Below, in pieces: positions 38,532 to 51,621 of a stretch of 64,000 nt of DNA. The stretch is taken from positions 42,966,001-43,030,000 of the forward strand of contig NC_042997.1 in the NCBI RefSeq assembly GCF_006345805.1. Reading direction: 5' to 3'. The notes beneath the pieces are model-generated. The model ran no database searches. It was given only the letters and a program-made list of their open reading frames with translations, and was not told where the DNA came from. This DNA is from Octopus sinensis (lineage: Eukaryota). Position 1 is the stretch's first letter. Each line of letters opens with the position of its first letter. A program made the position numbers and the translations under genes.

Positions 38532-41138
38532 TTAAATGTAAATTGTTTTTGAAAGTTTCTTGGGCCAATGCACTGTTCTGCCCGACTTTGTAACATACGG
38601 TGTGCTCGGGGCACCCGTTGACGGCGAGGGTGGTGTTGTAGGAGCCGGTGAAGGTGTTTGTGCAGGTGAAGGCGTTTGTGCAGGTGAAGGCGTTTGTGCA
38701 GGTGAAAGTGTTGTTAAAGGTGCATAGGTGGGTGTGTCAAGGTTGTCATCAAAAGATGAAGACGTCTCAAAATGTGCCTTTTTTAAACGGTCCACGGAAA
38801 CGGTCTCCGAACGACCATTTATCTCAATCGTGAAAACCTTTGGTGTGCGAGAAAGCACACGAAAAGGTCCTTTATAGGGAGAAACAAGTGGGCCCTTCAC
38901 AGAATCGTCCCGAACAAAAACATGCGACCAGGTGTTCATATCCGGTGGAAGATGGGACGGTGGAGATTGCTTTCTGGGAAGCATGGGCGGAAGGTTTGAA
39001 AAATATTCCCGCAGTCTGGTGACATAGGTCGCCGGATCATGGGGCGGGGAAGTGTCTGGCACCAACATCGTACCGGGCAATGCCAGTGTGGTACCATACA
39101 GCAGCTCTGCAGCAGAAAACCCCAGGTCTGCCTTGACAGCAGTCCGACAGCCGAGAAGCACAATGGGCAGAAATTCGATCCAGGACTGTGGGTCCGAAGA
39201 GGCACGAAGAGCGGCCTTGAGCTGTCTATGGAACCGCTCAACCAATCCATTAGACGCTGGATGGTAGCTTGTGGTGTGGATATGGTGCATACCCAAAATT
39301 CGCGACAATTCGCGAAATAGCGAGGCCTCAAACTGTCGTCCACGATCAGTTGTCAATCGGGACGGGACTCCGAAGCGAGAAATCCAGTTTGAAACGAAAG
39401 CTCGCGCAACAGTCTCAGCAGAAATGTCTGCTATCGGAATGGCTTCTGGCCAGCGGGAGAAACGATCGACACAAGTTAATAGATAAGAGAACCCGCGACT
39501 CACAGGCCATGGTCCAACCAGATCGATGTGGACATGGCGAAAACGGGCCTCCGTGGGGGGAAATTGTCCAAGCGGGGCACGAACGTGCCGTTGAATCTTG
39601 GATCGTTGACACTTGGAGCAGGTGCGTGTCCAAGAAGTAATTGTGCGACGCATATTCGGCCAGAAAAACCGAGCAGTGATTAGTTTGAGGGTGGCAGCGA
39701 TGCCAGGATGTGATAAGGAGTGCAGTGCTTCAAACACTGAGCGTTGATGGGTCTCAGGCACCAGTGGCCTGGGAGATCCAGTTGAAGTGTCACAAAGAAT
39801 GGTGCCTTCGGCTGACGGAAGCGGAAGGTAGGAAAACTGGCAACAGGAGAACTTGGGAGAAGTTAAATCTAACGACGCCAAAGGTGGCTGCTCCTGCGAT
39901 ATGGCAGCTAAGTCGATAGCAGCAGGAGACGAAAGGGCGCAAACTGGAAGGCGAGAGAGAGCGTCAGCAGGAACGTTCTCTTTTCCAGGTATGTGTCGAA
40001 TGTTGCTAGTAAATTGAGAGATAAAATCCAGGTGCCGAAAAGCACGGGGTGAGAGTTTGTCCGTTTTTGAAAACAGGGCAAACGTAAGGGGCTTGTGATC
40101 CGTATAGATCACAAAATCTCGCCCTTCAAGTTGATGCTGGAAATGACGAACCGATAGATAGATCGCTAGGAGCTCACGATCAAAGGTGCTGTATCGTCGT
40201 TCAGCTGGTTGCAGTTGACGGGAAAAGAAGGCTAGAGGTCGAACATGGTCATCCACTGTGTGTTGTAACACAGCGCCAATCGCAGTGTCCGATGCGTCCA
40301 CAGTCAAAGAGAGAGAAGCACCAGGAACTGGATGTGCAAGCAAAGAAACAGAAGCCAGCTCCTTCTTAATGGACTCAAAGGCTGTCACTGCCTCAACAGA
40401 GAGGGTGACTTGACTGTCCTTTCTAGGAGAGTCCTTTAACAGCCTGGTGAGAGGTAGCAGCTTATCTGCACAACCGGGAATGAAGCGTCGGTAGAAATTG
40501 ACCATCCCTAGATAATGCCTGAGCTGGCGCAAGGAAGTGGGGGGTGCGATGCGTTGAATGGCATCGACTTTTGACGAGAGGGGGCTGATTCCAGTCGAAT
40601 CAATATGATGCCCTAGAAAATCTAGGGAAGAGCGTCCGAAAACACACTTGTCGGGGTTTATGCGTATGCTATACGCGCGAAGACGCTGGAAGAGTTGAGA
40701 AAGGTGCCGGAGATGATTTTCTCGTGTGTCGCTCGCAATGAGTATGTCATCGACATAGGCAAACACAAAATCAAGACCGCGGACAACCTCATCAATGAAA
40801 CGCTGGAAGGTGCTAGTAGCATTCCGCAAACCGAAACTCATGTACAAAAACTCAAAACACCCAAACGGGGTAGTGATTGCAGTTTTTGGAACGTCGGCTG
40901 GGTTGACCGGTATTTGGTGGTAAGCGCGTATCAGATCGACCTTCGAAAAAATGGTACAACCATGGAGATTTGCTGTAAAGTCCCGGAGATTTCTAATCGG
41001 ATAGCGATCGGCTATTGTGACGGCATTGAGGCGTCGATAGTCTCCAACCGGGCGAAAATCAGACTCGCCCTTTCGCGCCAAATGAAGGGGAGATGCCCAT
41101 GGGCTGGTGGAGGGGCGTATAAGGCCAAGTTGAAGCAT
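38532..41138 (-). CDS. pol: RT-RNaseH-integrase polyprotein (868-aa open frame)
   Basis: [32 protein letters not shown]; RNase[19 protein letters not shown]; integrase H-H-C-C, HIDLVG / TDRGRQF / NGLVER, GPF motif. Confidence 0.97.
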   Translation of the reverse strand: MLQLGLIRPSTSPWASPLHLARKGESDFRPVGDYRRLNAVTIADRYPIRNLRDFTANLHGCTIFSKVDLIRAYHQIPVNPADVPKTAITTPFGCFEFLYMSFGLRNATSTFQRFIDEVVRGLDFVFAYVDDILIASDTRENHLRHLSQLFQRLRAYSIRINPDKCVFGRSSLDFLGHHIDSTGISPLSSKVDAIQRIAPPTSLRQLRHYLGMVNFYRRFIPGCADKLLPLTRLLKDSPRKDSQVTLSVEAVTAFESIKKELASVSLLAHPVPGASLSLTVDASDTAIGAVLQHTVDDHVRPLAFFSRQLQPAERRYSTFDRELLAIYLSVRHFQHQLEGRDFVIYTDHKPLTFALFSKTDKLSPRAFRHLDFISQFTSNIRHIPGKENVPADALSRLPVCALSSPAAIDLAAISQEQPPLASLDLTSPKFSCCQFSYLPLPSAEGTILCDTSTGSPRPLVPETHQRSVFEALHSLSHPGIAATLKLITARFFWPNMRRTITSWTRTCSKCQRSKIQRHVRAPLGQFPPTEARFRHVHIDLVGPWPVSRGFSYLLTCVDRFSRWPEAIPIADISAETVARAFVSNWISRFGVPSRLTTDRGRQFEASLFRELSRILGMHHIHTTSYHPASNGLVERFHRQLKAALRASSDPQSWIEFLPIVLLGCRTAVKADLGFSAAELLYGTTLALPGTMLVPDTSPPHDPATYVTRLREYFSNLPPMLPRKQSPPSHLPPDMNTWSHVFVRDDSVKGPLVSPYKGPFRVLSRTPKVFTIEINGRSETVSVDRLKKAHFETSSSFDDNLDTPTYAPLTTLSPAQTPSPAQTPSPAQTPSPAPTTPPSPSTGAPSTPYVTKSGRTVHWPKKLSKTIYI

Positions 41139-41274
41139 GTGCTCAAACTCGGCTCTGGCCGTTTTTAGTCGGTCTGGCGCTAGGCGCGGGGGCGTGAGAA
41201 TACAGGTGGCCCATTGGTGGTGATGAAATGGAGGGTCGAGTGGGTAGGATTTTCCGGTTTAAAGGCAATGTCCA

Positions 41275-41790
41275 CTAGCTCCGGAAATGAAACCAAAAGA
41301 GAGTGAAAGGGTCTCCAGAGGTGGCAACAAAGAATGTCGGGCTAAGGACCGCAGTGGTGGAACTCCCAGTCGGTGTAGAGAGCGACGTCGTGCTATCAAG
41401 AAGCCTCCGACGCCTGACATCCACCAATAGGTTAAACCTATCCAGGAAATCAGCGCCGAGAATAGGATGTGGGATGTCAGCGATGACGAAAACCCATCGA
41501 AAGTCTCGGCGAAGGTTGAGGTTGAGGCGCAGCGAAATCTGACCGTAAGTGGTTATGGGAGACGAGTCAATAGCATGCAAGACAATCGAAGAGCGCTTCG
41601 GCTTGTCTGCAGCCAGACGAAGGGGCCAGATGCTGCAACAGGAACCGGTGTCTACCATGAAGAATGTCTTCGACACCAGATCTTTTACATAGAATGCACG
41701 ATGTTTGGGAAACGAGATGGAAGAAGGTGACGTGCTCACCTCCTCCGGATTTAGTTTTCCGAGGGCTTGAAAGTGCACGGCTGGGTACAC
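41275..41790 (-). CDS. pol: Retroviral-type aspartic protease (pol N-terminus), frameshifted from RT
   Basis: FMVDTGSCCS active site and ILGADFL flap-distal motif. Confidence 0.93.
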   Translation of the reverse strand: MYPAVHFQALGKLNPEEVSTSPSSISFPKHRAFYVKDLVSKTFFMVDTGSCCSIWPLRLAADKPKRSSIVLHAIDSSPITTYGQISLRLNLNLRRDFRWVFVIADIPHPILGADFLDRFNLLVDVRRRRLLDSTTSLSTPTGSSTTAVLSPTFFVATSGDPFTLFWFHFRS

Positions 41791-42233
41791 CGATCTGCCC
41801 TTTTGGTAGAGCGACTACGACTGCGTTGTCGGCGCTCGATCGCACGGGATAGATCGTCGATTCGCCGCGTGAGCGCATCAATCCGCTCGGCTAGTGAAAT
41901 TTGCGCAGGGCCCCCTATACATGCACAGAGGCCTCGCGATGGAGATGGATTCGGAAATTCCAGTATTCCATCGGCCATCGTGGCAATCTGAATATTGCTC
42001 TCCCCCGAACGTGTGTTGCGGCGGAGGATTTCTGCTTTCACAGACGCGTATGTGGCATCCGGGTGGGGACTTATTATTAGATCCCTGATCGATGCGGCGA
42101 GTCGGGGATGTAAGCCGGAATATAGCAGGTGCAACTGCTGCTGTGGAGAAATGGCATGTGCAACAAAATACCACTCCACTTGGGCAAACCACAGGCCCAT
42201 ATCCCCCGTAAATGAAGGCAAACCTGAAGCCAT
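41751..42233 (-). CDS. gag: Short Gag-like protein (160 aa)
   Basis: N-terminus LPSF...WFAQVE.YF...L...IRDLI.SP....Y..VK..IL.R typical of invertebrate gypsy Gag; RS-rich stretch and CTQPC near the end; stop directly after GGAAAAC. Confidence 0.85.
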   Translation of the reverse strand: MASGLPSFTGDMGLWFAQVEWYFVAHAISPQQQLHLLYSGLHPRLAASIRDLIISPHPDATYASVKAEILRRNTRSGESNIQIATMADGILEFPNPSPSRGLCACIGGPAQISLAERIDALTRRIDDLSRAIERRQRSRSRSTKRADRCTQPCTFKPSEN

Positions 42234-42598
42234 GCCTTTGTCGGAAGGAATCTGTGAGAAGGGGGCAGAAGGTATGGTCTAGAAGTGGAGAGAGAACACG
42301 TGGAACCGAGAAGGCAATTCAAAATTGTGTTTGTGTGTGCACCTCGTGGGTAGCAAAAAAAGGAATAGGTGTGTACAAGGAAAACAAAATACAGAAAAGG
42401 AAAAAAAAATGAATGTGTGTGTGTTTTCTTTTTTCTTTGTTTTTTTTTTTTTTTTGTACTGTGTGCGATGAATAAGGCTATTTTACCCACCTCGCCGTGC
42501 TGAAAAGGAGAAAATAGGAAAATAAATGTGAATTTCCGCGCTCTTCGGCCCCAAAAAAAAACCTGTTCGCTGTGTCTTCTTCTATCCTGTTCTTTTTC

Positions 42599-42616
42599 AT
42601 CACGTCGGGGTCACCA
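42599..42616 (-). promoter_or_regulatory. Primer binding site complementary to tRNA-Trp 3' end
   Basis: Minus strand TGGTGACCCCGACGTGAT, 2 nt from the 5' LTR; complementary to the eukaryotic tRNA-Trp end ATCACGTCGGGGTCACCA. Confidence 0.93.
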
Positions 42617-42618
42617 AT

Positions 42619-43036
42619 TGTAACGTGAAAGGATCTATCATCGAAGCACTGGCAGGGTGTCGAGATCCTTTCTAGTCACATACAAAAATTCTTGTAGAAA
42701 ACAAACAGACGAAACTCAGGTTAAAGGTGAACAGACAACTTGGTTTATTGATTCATGGTTGTACGTTGTCTGATGGGGGAATAGACAGCCTCTGATATAC
42801 TGCTGGTGTTGGTCGTTGAGGTTGGTTGAAGTTGGTTGAAGTTGGTGTGTGGCTGTCAGAGCCAGGAAAACCGTGACCGATCGCAGTGCTGTCTTGAGCC
42901 GAAGAGAGAGATTTGAGGTTCGCGGGCTCGAGAGATGTTTTCCCGCACATGCGCATGGGGAAGACTTCCGGTGGCCACCCGGAAGTAGTCCCATTCTGCG
43001 CATGCGCGCCGAACCCTACACTGTAGCATCACTACA
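42619..43036 (-). repeat. 5' LTR of the gypsy element
   Basis: TG...CA termini; followed on the minus strand by the PBS. Confidence 0.97.
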
Positions 43037-43169
43037 CATCCTTTTGGAGTTGATAAAACAAGTACCAGTTGAGCACTGGGGTCGATGTAATGAACTTGGT
43101 CCCTTCTCCCAAAATTGATGGCCTTGTGCCAAAATTTGAAACCATTATTATTAAGTCAGTAGATTTGCA

Positions 43170-44732
<1,563 letters not shown>

Positions 44733-44812
44733 ATTATTATTATTATTATTACTATTATTATTATTATTATTATATTATTATTATTATTATTATTATTATG
44801 ATTATTATTATT

Positions 44813-45324
44813 GAGTGAGAGAGCAGCACACGTCATCAAGGTGACTCTGTGGTACAAATATATGAAACCCAATGTATCCATCATGATTACTCGTCTGGCA
44901 CATCCATCAGGCACATGCATCACAACCATATATGTGTGACATGGTCACCTGATATCAAGATAGTGTATGACCTTGTAGGTGGGGGCCCAGTTAGATTTCT
45001 CTTCAGGTTGAGTACCCTATCCCGCTCAGAAGGTCTCTGAATAAGGGTTGTTTAAGGACGATGATCGAAACACATATTTCCAGGAGTGAATTACTCAAAC
45101 CTCAAAGAGTCCCTCTCAACGCATGGCTATGATACTCTCCCACTATTTCTACTCGTTATCAGAGATGCACATATCGTCAGCCACTAAGGGACATGTCCAA
45201 CTGGTTAAGATCAAGCAACAGGCAAATCTGTGGTATTGAGTAGAATATTTGCTGTACCCCATCATTTATACCAAGACAAAACAATGTACATGTTAAGATC
45301 AGAAGCCCTGAGAGCCACTGCCTG
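44813..45324 (-). repeat. Unclassified about 510-bp element between simple-repeat tracts
   Basis: Complex sequence bounded by (TAA)n and (GAC/GAT)n; no ORF; resembles an octopus interspersed repeat from memory only. Confidence 0.4.
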
Positions 45325-45352
45325 GTCGTCGTCGTCGTCGTTGTCATCATCG

Positions 45353-45395
<43 letters not shown>

Positions 45396-45406
45396 TATTA
45401 TTATTC

Positions 45407-45976
45407 AGGCGGCGAGCTGGCTGAAACGTTAGTACGCCGGGCGAAATGCTTGGCGGTATTTCGTCTGCCGCTACGTTCTGAGTTCAAATTCCGCCGAGGT
45501 CGACTTTGCCTTTCATCCTTTCGGGGTCTATTAAATAAGTACAAGTTATGCACTGAGGTCGATATAATCGACTTAATCCGTTTGTCAGTCCTTGTTTGTC
45601 CCCTCTGGTCTTAGCCCCTTGTGGGTAGTAAAGAAATAGGTAGTTCGCCCGTCGCTACGTTCTGAGTTCAAATTCCGCTGAGGTCGACTTTGCCTTTCAT
45701 CCTTTCAGGGTCGATTAAATAAGTACCAGTTACGCACTGGGGTCGATATAATCGACTTAATCCGTTTGTCTGTCCTCTTTGTTTTTAGACCCTTGTGGGT
45801 AGTAAAGAAATAGGTAGTTCGCCCGTCGTTACGTTCTGAGTTCAAATTCCGCTGAAGTCGACTTTGCCTTTCATCCTTTCAGGGTCGATGAAATAAGTAC
45901 CAGTTGAACACTGGGGTCGATGTAATCGACTCATCCCCTCCCCAAAATTGCTGCCCTTGTGACAAAATTTGAAACC
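45407..45976 (+). mobile_element. tRNA-derived SINE family S3, trimeric form
   Basis: One head (AGGCGGCGAGCTGG...GAGTTCAAATTCC) then three bodies containing TTTCATCCTTTC.GGGTC.AT.AA..AAGTAC; period about 174 bp. Monomers near 1565-1780, 3460-3670, 3735-3945, 5335-5735 (two), 12615-12830, 25320-25480, 37680-37870. Confidence 0.88.
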
Positions 45977-46099
45977 ATAATTATTACTATTCTTATTTAG
46001 GCGGTGAGCTGGTAGAATCGTTTGCACGCGGGGCAAAACTATTTCTTGTGGTTTACATTTTAATTTCCATTACAAGCATTTATTTGCCTTTTAAAAATA

Positions 46100-47491
46100 T
46101 CTTTCCAAGTTTTATTATTAGGAAACTTCGATGGGCCTGCAGCTCGGAAGATGGAGATCCATGCCGATCCATGCCGTCATGAGGCTCTGTAAGGACAAAC
46201 CGATTAATTTTTTTTTTTTTTTGGTGAGGGTGGGGCTGGTTTGATCTGAGCCTCCAGCTGGAGAAGGACTGGGGCATGGTGGCGAGTAGAGTGACCAATC
46301 TCACCCAGAAATGGACTAAGAGGAAGCTATCCTTGAAGATTCGGGTGAAGATGGCGAACACCTAGATTGCGTCCGTCATCTACTATCGCCTCGCCATCGT
46401 ACCTTGTCCTGTTTCGTGGTTGACCCAACTGGAGTGCTTGTTCTTCCACTTTCTGTAAAATGGAGAATTTCGCTGGTCAAACAGTCCGTTTGCTGTTAAT
46501 ATCTACAGCATGGACGACTGGGCTTATTACCATGGCTAATGATGTGCAGATGTGCGCTGAGGTTGCGATATCTCTGCCGCTTCCTCTTGCTCACCGTCGT
46601 CCACACTTGCTCACCGTCGTCAGATTTACTTTCCCACGGCTCGTCTCTTTGATAGAACTGTAATTCTGGCTGAAGTATATGCCGAGGCAGGGCACTGACA
46701 CCTAGAATCGGGAAATGCGGTCGGTGGAAGCTCCACTATAGCGTTGAAAAGGGGATTAGTAATGGTCCAGAGCGACGACGTCTTCGAGATTTTGGGTACC
46801 GACGGGTATCAACTAGCCGGTCTGTTCCAGGGCTCATGAATAATTTTTCAGAAATTCCTAGCCTAGCAGTGCTAACGGGTGTCATCATTACGGGTTCGGG
46901 GCAAACGTTACAGGCATGGTAGCACCGTCAGCCGGGCCTGCCTGAGTGGAGAAACTGTCCTGCATGCACTCGTACAGTGCTCCCAGCTGTCGGCTAAGTC
47001 TGTTGTAAAGACCGTCCTGCCACTTCCCTTCAGTCGAGAGAGACGGGTAGCGTTTATTTCTTTGGTAGCGAAAGAGATTGTGTTGTAGACCAGAATGAAA
47101 GAGCCGAATTTCTCTTTGACTATGCCCGCATCAACTTTTTCAAGCTTCATTTAAAAAGGAAAACGAATGGAGAGGGAATTGCTGTCTTCCAGTAAATTTG
47201 ATGAAAGGTGGCTGAATGTGACAAGGATGGTTTGAATGAATGAGCATGTTCTGAGCGTACGCCCCTAGATTAAAGGAGGAGGATGTGGAAAGGGCATTTG
47301 CCCTAGTGGTCAGAATGACCGTCGTTTTGTAAGAAGTATTCCTCTTTTGGGAAATTATTTCTTGTCTGAATTTTTGTCTTTGTATTATTTTATTGCTTAC
47401 ACGCGTTTATGTAAGCCCACGTTGTACTATATTGTATCGTCCTATATCGCTCTTGCTCTTTTAGTAAACTCTTAGTGGTTAATAAAGAAAT
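46100..47491 (+). mobile_element. Tx1/L1-like LINE 3' fragment, more decayed
   Basis: KWTKRKLSLKIRVKMAN..IASVIYYRL homologous to the 43170 copy; ends AATAAAGAAAT(CAT)n. Confidence 0.75.
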
Positions 47492-47516
47492 CATCATCAT
47501 CATCATCATCATCATA

Positions 47517-47912
47517 AGGCGGTGAGCTGGCAGAAACGTTAGCACGCCGGGCGAAATGCATAGCCGTATTTCGTCTGCCGTTACGTTCTGAGTTCAAATT
47601 CCGCCGAGGTCGACTTTGCCTTTCATCCTTTCGGGGTCGATAAATTAAGTACCAGTTACTCACTGTGGTCGATGTAATCGACTTAATCCGTTTGTCTGTC
47701 CTTGTTTGTCCCCTCTGTGTTTAGCCCCTTGTGGGTAGTAAAGAAATAGGTAATTCACCTGTCTTCACATTCTTCTTTCAAATACCGCCGGAGTCAACTT
47801 TACCTTTTATCCTTTCAGGGTCGATTAAATAAATACCAGTTACGCACTGGAGTCGATGTAATCGATTTAATCCCTACCCCCAAATCTGAGGTCTTGTGCT
47901 TCTAGTAGAAAG
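47517..47912 (+). mobile_element. SINE family S3, dimeric form
   Basis: Head, body with tail type B, second body with tail type A. Confidence 0.85.
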
Positions 47913-47913
47913 A

Positions 47914-48003
<90 letters not shown>

Positions 48004-48019
48004 ATTATTATTATTATTA

Positions 48020-48058
<39 letters not shown>

Positions 48059-48230
48059 TATTATTTATTATTATTATTATTATTATTATTTATTATTATT
48101 ATTATTATTATTTATTATTATTATTATTAATTATTATTATTATTATTATTTATTATTATTATATTATTATTATTATTATTTATTATTATTATTTATTATT
48201 TATTATTATTATTATTATTATTTATTATTA

Positions 48231-48272
<42 letters not shown>

Positions 48273-48318
48273 TATTATTATTTATTATTATTATTTATTA
48301 TTATTATTATTATTATTA

Positions 48319-48349
<31 letters not shown>

Positions 48350-48401
48350 TATTATTATTATTATTATTTATTATTATTATTATTATTATTATTTATTATT
48401 A

Positions 48402-48468
<67 letters not shown>

Positions 48469-48498
48469 TATTATTATTATTATTATTTATTATTATTA

Positions 48499-48566
<68 letters not shown>

Positions 48567-48612
48567 TATTATTATTATTATTATTATTTATTATTATTAT
48601 TATTAATTATTA

Positions 48613-48651
<39 letters not shown>

Positions 48652-48698
48652 TATTATTATTATTTATTATTATTTATTATTATTATTATTTATTATTA

Positions 48699-48734
<36 letters not shown>

Positions 48735-48760
48735 TATTATTATTATTATTATTATTATTT
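47914..48760. repeat. About 850-bp imperfect (ATT)n microsatellite
   Basis: Seen directly. Confidence 0.98.
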
Positions 48761-49020
48761 TATAAAGGATTGATGTAACTCCTCACAAAGGTAAATAGAC
48801 AAGACAAAGAGCACGATTCGATTGTAAAAGATATTTTATTGGTTGAACGATATTTCGACAGTAAGTCTGTCTTTGTCAAGTTCAAAATAAGAAGTGATAA
48901 GAATTCAAAATTATAGAAATTTAAATTCCAAGTTTAGTCTTCACTTAAACACTCTCCCAACTCTGCTATGATCATCTCATCTGCTTTTTTTCCGATTTAT
49001 TTTTTCAAACAGAGTGTTTA

Positions 49021-50080
49021 TCATCATCATCATCATCATCATCATTTAATGTCTGTTGTCTATGTTGGCATAAGTTGGACGGTTTGACCAGGGCTGGCAA
49101 GCTTGAAGGCTGCACCAGACTATCAATCTGATTTGGCATATTTTCTATGGCTGGATGCCTTTCCTAATGCCAACCACTCCAAGAGTATAATGGGTGCTTT
49201 TATGTGCCATTTTTGTGACACCAGTATCTGTCACAGCTGTGATTTTACTTGGCTTGATGGGTCTTCTTCTCAAGCATGGCATTACGCCAAAAGTCTCAAT
49301 CATTTGTCATTACCTCTTTGAGGCCCAACACTTGAAAGGTGTTTTTCATGTGCCACTGGCATCAGCCACTTTACCTCTGTGAGGCCCAATGCTCGAAAGG
49401 TGCTTTTTATGTGCCACCAGCATGGGTGCCAATTACGTGACACCAGCATCGGCCATGACTAAAATTTCACTTGGCTTGCTGGGTCTTCTCAAGCACAGCA
49501 TATCACCAAAGGTCTCAGGCCCTAGTCATTGCCCCCGTGAGGCCCAAAGTTTGAAGATCATGCTTCACCACCTTGTTCTATGTCTTCCTGTGTCTATCCC
49601 TAATACAGGTTCCTTCCACGATTAGAGATCGGCACTTCTTTACACTACTGTTCTTGTCCATATGCATCATATGATCATACTAGTGCAGTCATCTCTCTTG
49701 CACACCACATCTGATGCCCAACTTTTCTCTCAAGATGCTTACACTCTGTTGAACATGCACACTGACATTGCACATCAAGTGAAGCATACTGGCTTCATTT
49801 CTTTCAAGCCTATGCATGTCCTTGGCTGTCACAGCCCACATTTCACACACGGGCATCACATCACACAATCTGCCTTTCACTTTGAGGGAGAGGCCTTTTG
49901 CTGTCATCAGAGGTAGAAGCTCTCTGAACTTTGCCCAGCCTAATCTTATTCTCACAGTTATTCTCTCAGAGCATCCAACTCTGCTACTAACTTGGTCACC
50001 TAGATAACGGAAGCTATCTACTACCTCTAGCTTGTTCTCCTGGCATTTGATGGAGTCTATTTTCTGTACATAGGAAAATA
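49021..50080 (-). mobile_element. 3' end of an RTE-like LINE with 3' UTR and (GAT)n tail
   Basis: LEVVDSFRYLGD, RLGWAKFRELLP, RLERNEASML; 3' UTR matches short repeats at 203-415, 52765-53000 and 53500-53820. Confidence 0.85.
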
Positions 50081-51234
50081 TTATCTGATGCATCTGTCCT
50101 TTTTTATGACAATAAGAAGTGATTCAAAAGAAATTTTTTCTTATTTTTGTAAGGTTGAGTGACCATGTAGAGAGACAGCCATTGGCTTATTTGTGGTTTA
50201 TTCCAGGTCAGCCTTCATCCAGCAGATCTACGATCAAACTCATTCCAGTTGTAACCAATCATTTGTTTTTCTTTTGCAGAGACAAATGTATTAAGGGATG
50301 CATTATCCAATGTGACACTCTCTTTTTGTAAGATGATACAGTGTCATTTGAGCTAGATGTGTTGGCTATTTCTAGCAACATGAATGAGAAAGTAGAAGTT
50401 CTCTCATTACCAGTATGAAAAACCAGTTGTTAAGTACCTATGTACAAACATACTTATTCACAATATCACTGCATGTACTATTCACTATTTCGCTTAAGTA
50501 TGTGACCGTGAGTACATGTCATTGACAAGGTTCAAGAAGCTCAAAGTGCAACAAGCATCCTTGCTAGCCACCGCAGGGGTTAATTTTTTGTCTGTCTGTT
50601 TGTCTCTGATATAAATATTATATCATGGATGAAAATTGCAGTAACTGGCCTGTTGACAGTGTATATACATTAAGTGTGATACATAGATAGCTATTTTAAT
50701 TTAATTCTGCTTCAAATGCATACACCAGATTCTTATGCAGACCAGCAGATAATCACAATATCAGTGAATATGTTATTTACTGCTTCATATATTGGCAACA
50801 ACAAGTTTCGTCAAAGCATGTGGCTGTGAGTAAATACCACTGACAAACGGTCAAAATATAACTATTATTCTCACTCATCTGCTGCCAGGATGACTTCTTT
50901 GCCGTCTGATACAGTTAGATAGTGTTGTTTAACAGTGAACATCTATAAAAGATTTTAGCTCGAACAAAAATCACAGTGTCTTGCATGTCAACAATGTATA
51001 TCCATTAAGTATAATCCATAGATGGATACTTAGCTGTTTTTTCAAGCTGGCATAAACTTAGCAAGATCTGCAGTATGGCATAATATCATTCATCCTAATT
51101 CTGTGTCAGTTTGTTTTCCAAATCTGAGCATATCACATCTTCCTATATCTTCATTTGCTACTAGTGCCCTTTACTCATTGCTAATGCACTGCACTTTTTT
51201 TTAATCAACCAAGTGATGCCTATATGCATTAGAT

Positions 51235-51621
51235 GTGGAAGCGCAATGGCCCAGTGGTTAGGGCAGCGGACTCGCGGTCGTAGGATCGCGGTTTCGATTC
51301 CCAGATCGGGCGTTGTGAGTGTTTATTGAGCGAAAACACCTAAAGCTCCACGAGGCTCCGGCAGGGGATGGTGGTGATCCCTGCTGTACTCTTTCACCAC
51401 AACTTTCTCTCACTCTTACTTCCTGTTTCTGTTGTACCTGTATTTCAAGGGGCCGGCCTTGTCACTCTCTGTGTCACGCTGAATATCCCCGAGAACTACG
51501 TTAAGGGTACACGTGTCTGTGGAGTGCTCAGCCACTTACACGTTAATTTCACGAGCAGGCTGTTCCGTTGGTCGGATCAACCGGAACCCTCGTCGTCGTA
51601 ACCGACGGAGTGCTTCCCCCC
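51235..51621 (+). mobile_element. SINE family S1
   Basis: 12-bp TSD ATATGCATTAGA. Confidence 0.93.

Larger units (their letters stand above)
37990..43036 (-). mobile_element. Full-length Ty3/gypsy LTR retrotransposon, very recent insertion
   Basis: Two 418-bp direct repeats TGTAACG...CACTACA (37990-38407, 42619-43036), no differences found by eye; 4-bp TSD CATC (37986-37989, 43037-43040); domain order gag-protease-RT-RNaseH-integrase. Confidence 0.98.
37877..43150 (+). mobile_element. SINE family S3 copy split by the gypsy insertion (37877-37989 and 43037-43150)
   Basis: GACTTTGCCTTTCATC / CATCCTTTTGGAGTTGATAAAACAAGTACCAG rejoin into the S3 body. Confidence 0.9.

Noticed and set aside
39039-41168. 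Plus-strand ORFs overlapping pol (up to 157 aa)
   Set aside because: Antisense shadows of a GC-richer coding region; no motifs.
45407-45976. Regular repeats resembling a CRISPR or satellite array
   Set aside because: Units are whole SINE bodies without unique spacers; eukaryotic context.
47896-48606. 236-aa poly-I/Y/L ORF and many similar ORFs (poly-YI, HT, CV)
   Set aside because: Translations of microsatellites.
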